64,000 bases of DNA from the human T2T-CHM13v2.0 reference genome, Homo sapiens (GCF_009914755.1 NC_060933.1); one strand, 5' to 3'; positions 13,283 through 30,723 are shown, counted from the first letter of the stretch. Numbers and translations are program-made. The notes: a model not told the origin generated them from the sequence alone.

Positions 13283-14115
13283 ATTGGGTTCAGTTATGTT
13301 ACCATAAAATATGGTACCTTGACATTTGAGGAAACTGAAGAAGAAATATCACTCTATGACTGTCCCTGATCCTCCTTCCTAAAAGCATGTCCTAAAACCT
13401 AGGATGGATTTTCTGACCTTCTCCTGAAGCAGGTCATAGGACTCTTATTTGAGAGGTTCTCCCTATACCCAGAGGAAAGGAGCATCCTTATCTCCGAAGA
13501 CACAGGGACACAGAGAAGAACCTGCACAAAAGCCTTGCTAAGTTTCCTTCAGTGTGTTACCATGAGGTCTACCCACCTTGTCCAGTTATATTTCTTCATG
13601 ACTGTACATCAAATGTAGCATAAGAAATACACGTTTTTTTTTTTTTTGTTTGTTTGTTTGTTTTTGGGATGGAGTCTTGCTCAGTCACCCAGGCTGGAGA
13701 GCAGTGGCGCGATCTCGGCTCACTGCAAGCTCCGCCTCCCGGGTTCATGCCCATTCTCCTGCCTCAGCCTCCCGAGTAGCTGGGACTACAGGCGCCCGCC
13801 ACCACGCCCGGCTAATTTTTTGTATTTTTAGTAGAGACAGGGTTTCACCGTGTTAGCCAGGATGGTCTGGATCTCCTGACCTTGTGATCTGCCCACCTCG
13901 GCCTCCCAAAGTGCTGGGATTACAAGCATGAGCCACCGCGCCAGGTCAATACACAGGTTTTCTACTTCTTTAGTTCTTTATTTTTCATGAAGTCATGTCA
14001 TGTAAAACTTATTAGTAGGTTTTATGCTTTTCTCTTGTCAATTTGTCTTTTGTTATAGGGGCCTCAGCCATGAACCTAGCAATGGCTGAGGAAAAGATAC
14101 CTCTTTTCCCCTGCA
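13283..14115 (+). mobile_element. ERV1 LTR, MER34/MER39-like, interrupted by AluY
   Basis: Same family 3' end (tatgcttttctcttgtcaatttgtcttttgttatagggg...cccctgca). Confidence 0.8.
13633..13948 (-). mobile_element. AluY
   Basis: gcaagctccgcc and gtgttagccaggatgg; TSD core aatacac. Confidence 0.97.
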
Positions 14116-15278
14116 CTTTTAACTATCTATAACAGAAAAAAAAAAAAAACTCACTTTGACAAGCACACATTGAAGTCTCCCCAGAGAAGGAATCAGAGCC
14201 GTAATTTGTTTTTTCTTTTAATTTAGATTTTACTTCTATCCTAGATCAGTCCCATTCTTTCTGCTATTTCTCTGGTCCCAGACCTCTTTATTTTACCTCA
14301 CAACTAGTTTACCAGCTCCCTTAAGGTGACCCATCATTAACTTTCTTTTTTAATCTTTCAGCTAGCCTATTGTCAACTACTCCCAAAGCCTGGAAAGAAG
14401 CTCTGCCCATTGTCACTCTCCTGCTCTTGATATATCTGATATTGTTTCTGATTCTGCTATTTTCTGACATGCTTATCAAAAAAGGCCTGATTTCCAAATA
14501 ATGAGAAACACCGAACTAATATATTAAAACATGGAATTTGTGCAGATGCTTTATAGAGAAACAATAACATTCATAATGTCAATATTTGATGGTAAAAATG
14601 AGGACTGAGCCTGGCTCATGAGGGATGCTGGTCTATTTCTCCATTTCACTTGCGATAGCCACACTTGCTTGGTTAAGCTCTTGAACAATTTCCTTGTGAG
14701 ACAGAACCTTTAAGAACGACGTAGGCTAAGATGAGAAATGGAAACCAGCCAGTTCACTGACCTTAAAGAATACGAACAAAAAACCAGAACACCTGCTTGT
14801 TCTTTGGCAGGCACAGCAGCTGTGGTACACCTCTGGCTCCTGGCCTTCCCACCCACCAGCCATCCTAAATATACAGAACACAAAATTGGGAAGGGCTATA
14901 AGCGCAGTGAGAAAACTCACTTAACTCACTTAAGGCTATCATTCTTTCTCATGTTTTTTTTTAATACAATTTTAAAATGTTCTCTTATGTAAAATATTAA
15001 AAGGAGGAAGATATTTTATTTACCGTAAGCAGCTATTGAAGAAGAGAGAATGATTCCTTGTTAACTGGATCTTTTCCTTGAGAAACAACAGCAGTGTTTG
15101 AAGTCTCTGGCATCTTACTTGGGAGGCTGGTAATAGCTTGAATTCATCATTTCAAATAAAGTTTTCATTGAAACTAATTTTTTTGTTCATTAAACATAAA
15201 TAGAATCCTATGTAAAAGGAGAAAGTATTTTGTTAAAAAATGTATCTAGTGAAAAGAATATTAAGTTATTCAATTCTG

Positions 15279-15395
15279 TATTCATCCATCCACCCATCCA
15301 TCCATCCATGTACTCTCTGTATACATTTGCTGAGAACCTATTGTATGCTGGGCACCATGAGAGGTGTTAAGATATCGAGGTAAACAAGATGCATC
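15279..15395 (-). mobile_element. L2 3' end with (TCCA)n tail
   Basis: tcatccatccacccatcc...catttgctgagaacctattgtatgctgggcacc. Confidence 0.65.
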
Positions 15396-15492
15396 TAAGT
15401 TAATATATGCTTTCATCTTTTAAAAGTCTACTTCATTCCTACCAAATATTTTTTAGCAACCCTGATGATCAAGCTGAGAAACACTGGTTTCA

Positions 15493-15493
<1 letters not shown>

Positions 15494-15532
<39 letters not shown>

Positions 15533-15560
15533 ACAGACACACACACACACACACACACAC
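15494..15560. repeat. Compound (CA)n microsatellite
   Basis: Two CA runs separated by gagacaga. Confidence 0.95.
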
Positions 15561-15585
15561 CACCCCCCCACCCCCCCCGCCCCGA

Positions 15586-16567
<982 letters not shown>

Positions 16568-16759
16568 CTATTTAGGAGTTGGAGCAGCTGCCTCCAGATT
16601 TGTATGCACGCCTCTGCCCCTTTGTTTTCATGGCATGGCCATAGAACATGCCTTTGTCCATATCTTGCCCATAATCAAACCTCAGCTCCTGCAACTGCCC
16701 CCATAAACAGGCACTTATAACCCGCACATTCTGTGTGTCTTTATGTCAGCTGCCCCTTT

Positions 16760-16915
16760 CTGTTCTGGGTTACAGCTATTTACGTAAATGATTTTCTCCC
16801 CTCTACATCCTGTACATTACTTTGCAGCACAGAATCCCATCCATAGGTGCCTATCACAGTGCCCAGCACGTGACAGACCTCCATAGTAGGTATTCCATAA
16901 ATATTTGAAAAATCA
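16760..16915 (+). mobile_element. L2 3' end
   Basis: cctatcacagtgcccagcac...tagtaggtattccataaatatttg. Confidence 0.55.
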
Positions 16916-17135
16916 CAAATTATTCTGAGAGGAGAAAGTGTGACATTGCTCCGGTGGCAGGACTTGTCTTGGAAAGAGAGGAAGAAGAAATTTTCACTCT
17001 GAAGGATAGGGAGAAATAAAGAGAAACTGATGTAGGAAACAATTTTTTTATTGAGAAGAGATCAGATACAATGATGCTGCAGAAAAGATCTTGCTGACAA
17101 TTATTATTAACCACAGTGTTGTTGGTTTAACTTAA

Positions 17136-17507
<372 letters not shown>

Positions 17508-18614
17508 AGCCCCATCTTCTTTAATCCTACGACCTCGATAGCTTTGCCCACAAAATATATTTACATTTTTTCCTTCAGTTTTCTACCTATTTTTCAACTC
17601 TTTTTGAAAGTCCTAAGACCCACTCTAAACCAGTTAATCATACAACCCATTGTTGAGTATCATTTATGTGACTAATTTCTGTCTTCCTTTTCATACGATT
17701 TCATGACGTTATATCTTACTGCATCCAAGTTTTATCTGTAGCTGTGTGTGCTGGCAGATAAAACATTAAATAAAATATGTGGCAAGATCTAAGTCTGTTG
17801 CCATCATTTATGTGGGTCTTTTTCAGTGAAGTCATTAACATTTCTTTCAACATGTTAGCCATACACTTTTATTTATTATAACTTAATAAATTCACCGATT
17901 TGAGCCATTGAGTCACATTTCTTCAGCCTATGGAACACATTTTATAGAGCTATTATTCTCAGAGTAATAAGTTCATAGAGAATTGGGATGGGCAGTTGAA
18001 ACATGGGTTACTTAACACCAGGAGACAGAAAAGCATGAAGAGCTAACTCGTATGCCTCTGAGTGTGTGGTCACACTGAACATGAGGGGTACCAAGGGCAC
18101 ATCTCCCCTTGCGCGATTCGTCTCCTTTCTGGGGGACCTGGAGAAGGGGAGGTAGGTGAGGAGGCTGGTATGGCTATACAATGTTTCCCACAGTGAGAAG
18201 ATACCAGTTCAACACTGCTTTTTAAATTATTCCCCACATCACTTCACCTTTCCTTTTTCCTACCTGATGCCGTGTTCTGGGACAATGGCTGCAACTGCAG
18301 GTGCCACAAACAGGAATGCCCCTGAAACAAGAATCTGTAACTATACTTTTAAACTTTGATGTCACAATTTCTAAGAAACTGGTAAAGCAGATTTTACCTT
18401 CACCCTGTCTGACAAGGCTGGAATTGACAGGGAATGCTGCTGTACTGCCTAGTGGTCGAGACAGCCCACTGGTTCTGTACCTATGTAACCCTGCCCCATG
18501 GGCATGGGAATGGACGGAGAGGCACTTGCTACACTAGTGTTGCTTCTGGCAATCTGAACCAGCACGGGGGCCTCACCTAACATCCCTTCCGAAGGTAGAA
18601 AATTAAAACTAACT

Positions 18615-20388
<1,774 letters not shown>

Positions 20389-20649
20389 AATAAAATTGTC
20401 TCTTAGGAAAGTTATGCCAGTTGCCAGAAAGAGAAGCCAAGACTACTTCTGCTTTTGGAAACTTACAAGGTCAAATGGAAGCCTGCAAACCTGAATAACC
20501 AAAGGTCATGAGGCCTAATATGGTAGAAAGTCACTGGCCTGAAATCAGTCATTTCTAGTAATCTCCGGACTAGTTTCCTATTTTCACATTCATGATTCAG
20601 TGCTTTGGGGATGTTTTCTTGTGCCTGCAACTTTTACTTTAAGCCCTCA

Positions 20650-20840
20650 CATAATAGCAATAACACGGCTTATTAAGTCTATCACTATGCTAAGCGTTCA
20701 CATTTATATCTTCTGCAATTGTCCAGGAACCCTTCATGGTAAGCAAAGGTATCTCTACTTTAATAAGATAGAACCTGAGATATATAGAGAAAATAATTTC
20801 ACAAAGTCACAAAGCTAGCAAGTGACAGAACCAGAGCTGT
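20650..20840 (-). mobile_element. MIR
   Basis: cacaaagtcacaaagctagcaagtgacagaaccag. Confidence 0.65.
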
Positions 20841-20850
20841 TTTCTTTTAA

Positions 20851-21242
<392 letters not shown>

Positions 21243-21639
21243 TAGAGTACCTTTCTTATAGGATAAGTGTGTGTGTGCCTGTGTGTGTGCATGTGTGTAT
21301 GTTACTCATTTGATGGGTACCACAGAGTTTTTTGAGTCAAAATGTGACTGGCAAAATGCTCTTAATTGAAGAAAACCACAGATGAACCATGTACAGTCTG
21401 AGACTCTTTCAAGTAACTGAAACAGCTCTTGTCCTCCCTTATAAGATCTCTGACAATAAACCTACCAATGTCTTGCATTCACAAAATGTGCTTTTTTTTT
21501 TAGAACGTTGGTATGAATTGTATCTCAGTGAAATTAGAACCATGTCCCTCCTCAATTATGAGATTTGGTTGGTGACCACCGGTTTATTGTATTGATAATG
21601 AAATCTCACAATTAACTTCTTTTCTGATCAGGAACCCAC

Positions 21640-22140
21640 CCGATTGGCAAACATTGAAAAGGTGGATGGCATTAAGACTTGCCAAGGATGTGGAGCAACC
21701 TAGAGACACACGTTGTTGAGGGAGTATCCATTGCCACAACCACCTTTGAATACAATATTTATTATTTTCATTCAAATAATAGAAAATATACATACTCTAC
21801 CACTCAAATTTGCCTCTCTTAGTTTTGTATCTTGGAGTAGACTTGTAGAATCGGAAGGCACCATACATAGATATTTACTGAAATATTGTTTTAATCTGTC
21901 TAATCAAATGAACAAAAATAATTCAGAGTACATTATCCACAGAATGGATCAATAAATCATGGATATGCACCCAATGGAATACCATAGAGTAGAGAAAAAG
22001 AATACATTGCAGCTGTGAGAAACAATGTACATGAAAATCAGGAACATAATACTGCATGAAAGAAGTAAGGCTGCATGAGAGTACATGCAACATGCTTCCA
22101 TTTATATAAAATGCAAAAAGGCGCAAACCTAACCAATTTA
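21640..22140 (+). mobile_element. Old L1 (L1ME-like) 3' fragments
   Basis: caaggatgtggagcaac...; caatggaatacca...ttccatttatataaaatgcaaaa. Confidence 0.65.
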
Positions 22141-22369
22141 GAAACATTCTGGAGGATGGGAAGTTGCATTTACATACTCAGATGTAGTTTCTACAAATCC
22201 GAAATATTTTAAGCAGTATTTTTATTAGTTTACATAGCATATGTAACTCTGAAAGGGAGGCAAGTAGGCATAGATACAAAATAATATTCATAAAATCTAT
22301 ACAACCGACATACAATGACAACATAATGAGCATGAATGTACCGATTCAGTTTTAAAAGTAAACATTCTC

Positions 22370-22685
22370 GGCTGGGCGCAGCGGCTCACGTCTGTTATCC
22401 CAGCACTTTGGGAGGCCAAGTCTGGTGAATCACCAGGTCAGGAGTTCGAGACCAGGCTGGCTAAGATGGTGAAACCCCATCTCTACTAAAAGTACAAAAT
22501 TAGCTGGGTGTCATGGAGGGTGCCTGTAATCCCAGCTACTTGGGAGGCTGAAGCAGGAGAATCACTTGAACCTGGGAGACGGAGGTTTCAATGGGCCAAG
22601 ATTGCACCTTTGCACTCCAGCCTGAGCGACAGAGCAAGACTCCTCAAAAATAAAATAAAATAAAATAAAATAAAACAAAATAAAA
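22370..22685 (+). mobile_element. AluS
   Basis: Full dimer with (TAAAA)n tail; TSD taaacattctc. Confidence 0.97.
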
Positions 22686-23667
22686 ATAAACATTCTCACT
22701 TTCTGTAGTCTTCTGTGTGCTTTCACCCCTTTCCTCCAAGTAAAAAGAAACCCCATCCTCTATTTTATTTTGTTTCGTATTTTTACTCATTGGTGTGTCC
22801 ACATCATTTTCTTGCTTTTTAAGACTGGAGATCTCTTTGACAACATTATGTTTCTTTATTTGCTTCCGGCCTTTAGAGCCTGTGCATACTCTACTTACGT
22901 GCATGCAGTTTTAACTTGAATGTAATATCTATTACATGAATAATGTTCCATTTCCCAATTCGTATCTATATTCCAGGAGTGGCACATATGTTAGAGCAAG
23001 TGCAGAACAAACTACATTTTTCATCACTGCACTTTAGACGTAAGTCACGTTAACATGTCAGGTATCTTGGCGGATACAAGATTACTAATGTCAGGTTATT
23101 TAACTAGGTAATTACAAGGAGCCTATATTTAAACTCGATTTTAAAAAGCACGTTTTAAATAAGAAAACTTAACAAGCCATGGGCTGAGTCCTGACAGCTG
23201 GGCCCCGCAGCGGCCACGTCACTGAGAGGGAGAGATTGTCTCTGTGACAGTGTGCACCAGGGCTACTGCCACAGGAAGCTGCTCCTCAGACCCAGCACAT
23301 CACCTGCCGCAGGGAGAGTAGGGGTTGGTAGAAGAGTCCAGGCCCCAGCACCCTTCCTGCCCCAAGAATGTCTGCTTCAGGCTGCTTTATTCATCCAACT
23401 TGCAGGTGACATTTCATCTGAAAGACATGTTCTGAAGCAAAAAACTAAACAAATCATTGAACTAGGTATAAGATCTCTCCACTTCTCGACTGTTCTGGTA
23501 TGACCATTTAAATTGTCACAAGCATAATTATCCAAATAATAGTAAATGTGTGGCTAAATTAAAATAGATAAGCACTACATCTTGATGAATGCTTTTAATC
23601 AATTCTCACTAAGCCAAAACAAAATTTGAAAAAAATTGTTTTACTCAATTACCCAAAACTGTATTTT

Positions 23668-24090
23668 CTTTTTAAATTGATGCATAATATTTGTACATAT
23701 TTATGGGGTACATAAATATGATATTTCATTGCATGCATGGAATGTGTAGTAATGAAGTCAGGGTATTTGGGGTGTCCACCACCTTTTATCATTTCCATGT
23801 GTTGGAAACATTTCAAGTCCTTTCTTCTAGCTGTTTTTGAAATATACAATACATCATTATTAACTATAGTCACCCTACTAATATTTCTGTGATTGAACCC
23901 TAGAATGTATTCCTTCTAACTGTATGGTGATACCCATTGACCAACCTCCCCTCATTATCCCATCCCCCTGACCCACATGCCCTTCCCAGCCTCTCGTATC
24001 TATCATTCTACTCTCTACCTCCGTGAGCATCTTTAGCATCCACATGAGTGAGAACCTCTTTAGCATCCACCTGAGTGAGAACATGTAATA
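23668..24090 (-). mobile_element. L1MA-type 3' end
   Basis: gtacatatttatggggtaca...ttaactatagtcaccctac...gagtgagaacatg; internal ~27-bp tandem duplication near 24030-24082. Confidence 0.85.
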
Positions 24091-24517
24091 CAAAAATCGT
24101 ATTTCCTACACATGTTCACTGTTTCCCAAATAAAACAAATTTTAGAGGATTGACATACAGTCGTGATATTTATTACTGAATTATTATAGCTTTGATATCA
24201 AAAACAAGAAAAAATACTTTGTGTTAGTTGACTGACTCACACTCCTCACACTCCTTTATACAATTTAGATATACACATACACACATACCATAACCACCAT
24301 AACACACAAAAGCTTTTGAGCATTTCAAAGCATTTAGTTCAAATAAAAATTATTCTCAACAATAAAATTTTATTTTTCAAAAATGTCTAGGTATATATTT
24401 TTTCTATATTAACCTCTAAAGCTATGTAAACAAATTAAAATATTACTTAAAATATTTTGGATTTGTAGAAATTACATTTTAGTATGTAAATGCCATTTCC
24501 TATGCTCCAGAAACACT

Positions 24518-24827
<310 letters not shown>

Positions 24828-25577
24828 ACTCCAGAAACTTTTCTAAATACAGGAAGTACTTCATATAGGCCAGCAACATTCCTGATTTGTTTATTCAAAG
24901 ATGACTAAGAAGTTAACTAGTCAGTCAACTTTTTACATTTTACGTGAGATTTTTTCTAGCTTAAGAATTGAGATATAAATGAGTTGGAACAAATTATTAG
25001 TATGGAATTACTGTTTAAGGATAAATGGTTTGCGAGTACTAAGTCATCAGTTACACTTGTGAGCTGGCTGACAACCTGGCACAGCTGAAAATACCAATTA
25101 ATTTTCAATAGTCCAGCCCATCATGAGGAAAAGCAGAAATGCCCATCTGGACACTAAGAGAATCCCTGTGGGCTCTCACTCATTGCATTTCAATTATATT
25201 TAGGATGAGAGAAATGGCAAAATAATTAGACCTTTATGAAATTCAGAAATGTGTGAATCTTTTCCAAAACTTTATTAGACTTTAGTCATGCATCACATTC
25301 CCAGATTGGATGAGCAGCAGTTTATTGCCACATGGACAACTATCACAGAAAATGTTTAGTGATTGGAAAAGCTTGAACACAAAATGTATTTCCAGTAACT
25401 CTGATGGAATTGATATTACATTTGCCCACAAAGTTGTCACTTAGCAGCTTTTAGTGTTTAGGTAATACACACAAGTGACGGGGCAAGGCTCACTGCAGTG
25501 ATGTAAGACCATAACAGGTCTTAGTTCCTGATGGAATCAATAGAGTAGCTGATAAAAGGGTGCTCTGAGTCACTCGG

Positions 25578-25986
25578 TGCCTCAGTCCATTTTTGCATTG
25601 CTATAAAGGAATATCTGAAGCTGGGAAACTTATAAAGAAAAGATGTGTATTTGACTCAGGGCTCTGCAGGCTGTACCAGAAGCGTGGCACTGACATGTAC
25701 ACCTGGAGAGGGCCTCAAGCTGCTTCCACTCATGCGGGAAGGTGGGGTGGAGTGTGCACAGATCACATGGTGAGAGAGGAGGCAAGAGAGAGGGGAGGTG
25801 CCAGGTTCTTCTTAACAACCAGCTCTTGCAGGAGATAACAGAGCGAGAACTCACTCATTACCCCCACTCCCCAGCACCAAGACATCCATGAGGGATCCGA
25901 CCCCATGACCCAAACACCTCCCATTAGGCCCCACTTCCAACACTGGGATCAAATTTCAACATGAGGTTTGGAGGGTTCAAATATTA
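25578..25986 (-). mobile_element. MaLR LTR (MSTA/MSTB)
   Basis: agtccatttttgcattgctataaaggaata...cccatgacccaaacacctcccattaggcccc...tttcaacatgag. Confidence 0.9.
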
Positions 25987-26179
25987 GTGACTGGAATGTG
26001 GATCATTACATTATTATTTCTTTAGACACATCAGTTACTCTAAGGATTTGCACCATGTATCCATATGAATTGATATCCCCATGGCCAATCCAGGAATGCT
26101 TATATATCTGCTCACAATACTTTTTTCAGGCTCATTAGTTCAATGCAATGTAACATTTAGAATACATCACAGAGTAGCA

Positions 26180-26800
26180 TAGTAAGGAAAGGCCTTTATA
26201 TTTTGTTCTAAGTGTGATACAAATATGCTGGAGGACTTTAATGTGAATTATGAGTTGAGAAGATAAATTGGGCAGCTGCAGAAAAATAGGCTGAAGGTGG
26301 GCAAAGGCCAAGGCAAGGATACCAGGTGGGGGCCATGTTGGCAGCCCAGGCAGAAGGAGATGGTCGCTTGATCCAGGGTGAGGGTAGAGGTGAAATGGGG
26401 TAAGACTTCAGAAGGAGAGTGAAGTCAGACTCTACAGATTTTATGATCAACTGCATGTAAATTTGAGAGAACCGGAAGAACTGAGGACAACTGTGACATT
26501 TGGCCTGAATGGGTGGTGGATGACTTGCTGCCTCTTAGACTGGAAATGCTTAAAGGGAAGGAGATTTGGGAAGTGAAAACCAGGAGTTCATGTTTGAACA
26601 CGTTAAGCTGGACATGACATTGAGACATCCGAGTGGATGTATGGAGAGGGCTGAGGACTGTGTCACCAGGAGCTCACAGGAGAGGTGGTGGGAGGGAAAT
26701 CCTGCAGAGACATCAGACTCTGGCTGGGATTTAAGGCTGTGAGAGAGGACAGCGAATCAGCCAAGAGCTGAGCCCTGAGGTCTCCAGCCTTGAGAGGAAG
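26180..26800 (-). mobile_element. L2 fragment
   Basis: aggagttcatgtttgaacacgttaag...gagacatccgagtgga. Confidence 0.8.
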
Positions 26801-27124
26801 TTGTGACTTCAGCAACAGATTTTCAGTGTTGCTCTCCTTTTTGGCTATAGTTCCATTCGCCCTGCCTCTGCCCCCAACCACCTGCCCTCATGGGTACATA
26901 TTGAGCAACAGGAAGAACTACTGATCAGATTTTTTTAAGTGTAAAAACAGCAAAGAAACAACGGACCACTCCTTTCAAAGGCAGAAGCAGGGATGTTTTG
27001 CTCCTTGGTTAAGCTAAATCTGGACATGATGCCAGCTTCATGGCCCTTCCCTGAACCCCTACCTACTGATACTGAGGAGTTTGTACAGTTCCAAGAGTGT
27101 TTCAGTAAACAATCTTTTTGTGCA

Positions 27125-27540
27125 AGGTACAGTTACCTACAAGTTAACAGAAAACCCTGTTCACCTGGTTTAAACAGTTAAATCTCACAAGCAAGGATCT
27201 GGAAGAGAGAGCAGATTAGGGTCGGTCCGCTCCAGGGCCTGCGGTGTTACCAGAACCTACTATCTCCATCTGTTGGCACTGCCATCCCCAGCACGCACCC
27301 TGCCCTCGGGCTCGCTCCTCGCTGGTCCTAAGGTGACCTCACGTCAGTCAGGACAGCACCAGTGGAAGGAGAGCGGTGAACCTCTGCTCTCACTTTTTTA
27401 TGTCGGTGCGGAACTCTTTCTCAGGGGCTCCCAGATTCCTCATGGCTCCGTTGCCAGAATTCGGTCAGAGGCTCCCCCTAAACCAGAGGTAATAAGGTCA
27501 GCATGACTTCATGGTGACTTTGCTCCTAGGCTGGAAATTG
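27125..27540 (-). mobile_element. Old MaLR LTR (MLT1J/K/L-like)
   Basis: taacagaaaaccc...tggtttaaaca...ctgccatccccagc...ttgccagaatt-ggtca...cctaaacca. Confidence 0.55.
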
Positions 27541-27871
27541 GGTCACCTTCTCTTAGCACACATGAGCCAAAGCAAGGCTCTGATGGCAAGTAAGTGGGGG
27601 TGGAGGCAGGGGCTCGGCTGCTGTGGAAGAAACAGCAGTGTGGGCTGTGTATAGCTTCAATTTCCGGGTGGGCCCAGCCAATGTGTGTTCCTTCTGGGAA
27701 GAGGAACATGAGGTCATTGTGGGGCAGGAAGAGTGGAGACCAAATCCATGCACCCTATGGAATACAAAGCAATGAGGAACGTGGACCAGCCCACAGCTAA
27801 CAAGCTGGGGAGACAGGAGGCTGAGACCCCGGACACACCCGATCCCAATTGAAAAAGACACTCCTTTTAGG

Positions 27872-28352
27872 TGACAGATTCTTGGCTGGACCAAAATTTC
27901 TTCATTCCCCTGAACGTTCCCCAAGGCCCATCTGTGCACTTCCTTATAAAGTGCAGTTTAGCAAGAACCCTGCTAAGTCAGTTTAGTAAGAACTCCCCAC
28001 CCTCAATATCTGATCACCGCAATACCCAATCAGGTTTGTCATCCTCCGCTATCCCCCGGTTGATACCTCATCAGCCTGGCCTGTCTTCAGCAAGAATCCT
28101 ACCAGGGGTAGCTTTAGCCAGAATCCCCCAGCCCTGCTGTTTCCTCTTCATAATTTTCCACCCACTGGCCCCCACCATGCCCTTGGTTATAAATTCCCAC
28201 TTGCCCATGCTGCATTTGCAGCCCAGTTTCTCTTCTCCACTCTGAAATCCCATTGCCATGGACCCTATACCCGTCTCCATAGATCCCTCCTTCAGGAAAG
28301 TCTCTTGTACAGTGCTTTAACGAGTGTACCTGAATATCATTTCTCTGTTATA
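27872..28352 (+). mobile_element. Solo ERV1 LTR, MER31-like
   Basis: ggcccatctgtgcacttcctt...ttagcaagaaccctgctaagtcagtttag; TSD tagg/taag. Confidence 0.8.
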
Positions 28353-28424
28353 TAAGAGTGAGAAAAGGAAGCCCCACTATGTGGGGCATAATTGAAACAT
28401 GGATGTGCGTGCATTTCAGCTGAT

Positions 28425-28720
28425 GATTCATTCATTCAGTAAGTAAGTAAGTACTAATTAGGCACCTAACTGTGTCTGGAAATGTGCTAACTGCTGGGCA
28501 CAAAGATTATAAATTTATAGATTATAGATCTATAGGAAGACATGGATATATGTTCAGGTAAACATAGAGTGCCAGGGCAGAGCTCTGGGTAGGCCCAGAA
28601 AAGTGATAGACGGCACTTTCCAGTGGGAACAGGATCATGCCACAGAGGGACTTTGTGTGATCTAGGCCTAAAAAATGGTTATTTCCATGTCAGAAAGTGG
28701 AGAGAAAAGCATTTAGAACA
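28425..28720 (-). mobile_element. L2 3' end
   Basis: attcattcattcag...ggcacctaactgtgtctgg. Confidence 0.6.
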
Positions 28721-29159
28721 TGTAAACATGAACCTAGGCTGAAAACTTAATGTCTACGCATTTTAACACTATTTCTATGTCAACTGCAAATATGTCTACA
28801 GTTCATTTTATGATGTGCAAAGACAGGCTGCCTTTCTGCTCAGTCTGGACATTAGTTGAAAAAATACCATGGAACAATACCTAAGAAAATCAGTCAATAT
28901 TTGGCATAAAAATCAAGCACATCTAGCCCCATGCCTGCTGAGGTTGCCTGCCAAGATTCTCCCACAGAGGAGAAATTCTAGTAATTTTCAATGCACCACT
29001 GGCTTTTTTCCTGATTCTGCCAGAAAACATCTGTTTGTTCCACGACTTGTCAGTAGGTTTATTCCCTTTAATTTTCACTTTGTGGCATAGAATGTCTAAG
29101 TAACAGATGAAAGAAAAAAAACAGTTGCTGCCACTCAATGATAAGGTCTTTCTCTAGAC

Positions 29160-29250
29160 CAGGGGTTCTCAATCTGGAGGAATTTTGCCCCTCAGGGGAC
29201 ATTTGGCAATGTCTGGAGACATTTTTGATTGTCACGACTTGGGTGGGAGA
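29160..29250 (+). mobile_element. MER20 (hAT-Charlie) 5' part
   Basis: caggggttctcaa...ttttgcccctcaggggacatttggcaatgtctggagacatttttgattgtcac. Confidence 0.9.
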
Positions 29251-30723
29251 AATTACAGTTTAAATTGCACTCTTATGTTCAATCATTTTTAAATGAAAGA
29301 CCTCTTTCTCCTCGTGTGTGTGTGTGTGCACGTGCATCCCCCCCGACACACGCACCCACACTGAAAATAAGGAGAGGTTTTCTATTCACACATCCTTCCC
29401 TTCTCTAGCAGGAGCGGGACAGAGCTATCCCTTGCCTTGGCTACCTGTGGTGTGGGTGCAGTCCCCTTTCTCGACTGGCCATGGGTTCCCTTTGTGTGGC
29501 AGGTGTACAAATAATCATTCCTTCAAGGAGTGACTTTTTGGGATCTTTGAAAGATCTTACGAGCCCAGGGCCTTGTTTCTGCAAAGTTCATTGGCATGGA
29601 AGATCCTTCTCAAACTGACATCACATCTCTCCCCAGCTTCTGACCAAACTTCCTTCTGCAGAAATTCCCTTACTCAGTAGGCATTTTTGTGAAGATGGTG
29701 GAGCCAGGAAAATGGCTTAACCTCAGCCTCCTGCTGTGGTGCTGTTAACTCCATAGACACGCGTGGACCCTTGCCATGCCCCAGGCTAGAAATGGCTGCT
29801 CTTTGAAGACTCCTTTCTCAACCCTCTATGTTCTCTTCTTCCCTTTTCTCCAGCCTCAGCAGCTCATCTTCTCTGCCAACTGTGTAGCTTAGCAACTTCC
29901 CAATGAGGGACTCGCCCATTCCGAACTTTAGGGTTTAGGGTCCCAATCTCCAGGAGTAATCCTTTCTCTTAGGGCTATATCCTTTGGCTTTAGAGAGGTG
30001 AACAAGACTAGGATCTTTTCAGGAACATAGCACTCCCCAACTAGGTGACCATTCCTCCACCCTAGGTCCTTCTCTGATGTCCACTGTGGGACAAGAGTCT
30101 GGGAGAGGGTTTGTTTTCCCGAATTCAGACGTCCCAGCAAGCCTGTGGGAACCTGGGTGTCCTGAGAGGCAGCAATAACTGGAATGCCTTGTTCTCAGCT
30201 CTGAGCCTTACCCACAAATTGGCACAATTTTTTTAAAGTCTCTCCTGACACCTAATGCATCCTATTATTCACAAAAGCACTAATTGAAGAAAACATTGTT
30301 TTCCAAAAATGTCCAATGATTTACATATTCCTTCTCTACCTTTCACTTCGATTCAGCTATGTATTCATATGCAAAACCTAGAACTCTTAGAACAAAGGCT
30401 TTCCACTCCTGTCTCCCTCCATTCAGCCATGGCTGTCAGCAATCTGTCCAACATAAGAGGGACCAGAACCTTCTTCATCATCTCCCTCACAATTTCCAGC
30501 AGTTCCAGTTGGCCAAATGTGGTTCAAGACAACAGTTCAACTTAAGGAACCTCTTTGTTAGATGTCTGATGCCTGATGCATGAAGCTTCCTCTCATCCTT
30601 TTTTCCCATTCTAAAATGTATGTACTTGAGTGAAGGGTGGAAGGATAGAGAAGTTAATATAGTCACATAGCAATAACCTAGTTTAGGTGTTTCACAGCTT
30701 ACTTTTCTAAAAGTAGACAATCT

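Noticed and set aside
27553-28245. 128-aa and 124-aa ORFs
   Set aside because: Overlap a MER31-like LTR; no protein family resemblance.
30400-30600. Coding-looking minus-strand stretch as a possible processed pseudogene
   Set aside because: Frames contain stops, no parent protein recognised, and no poly(A) or TSD.
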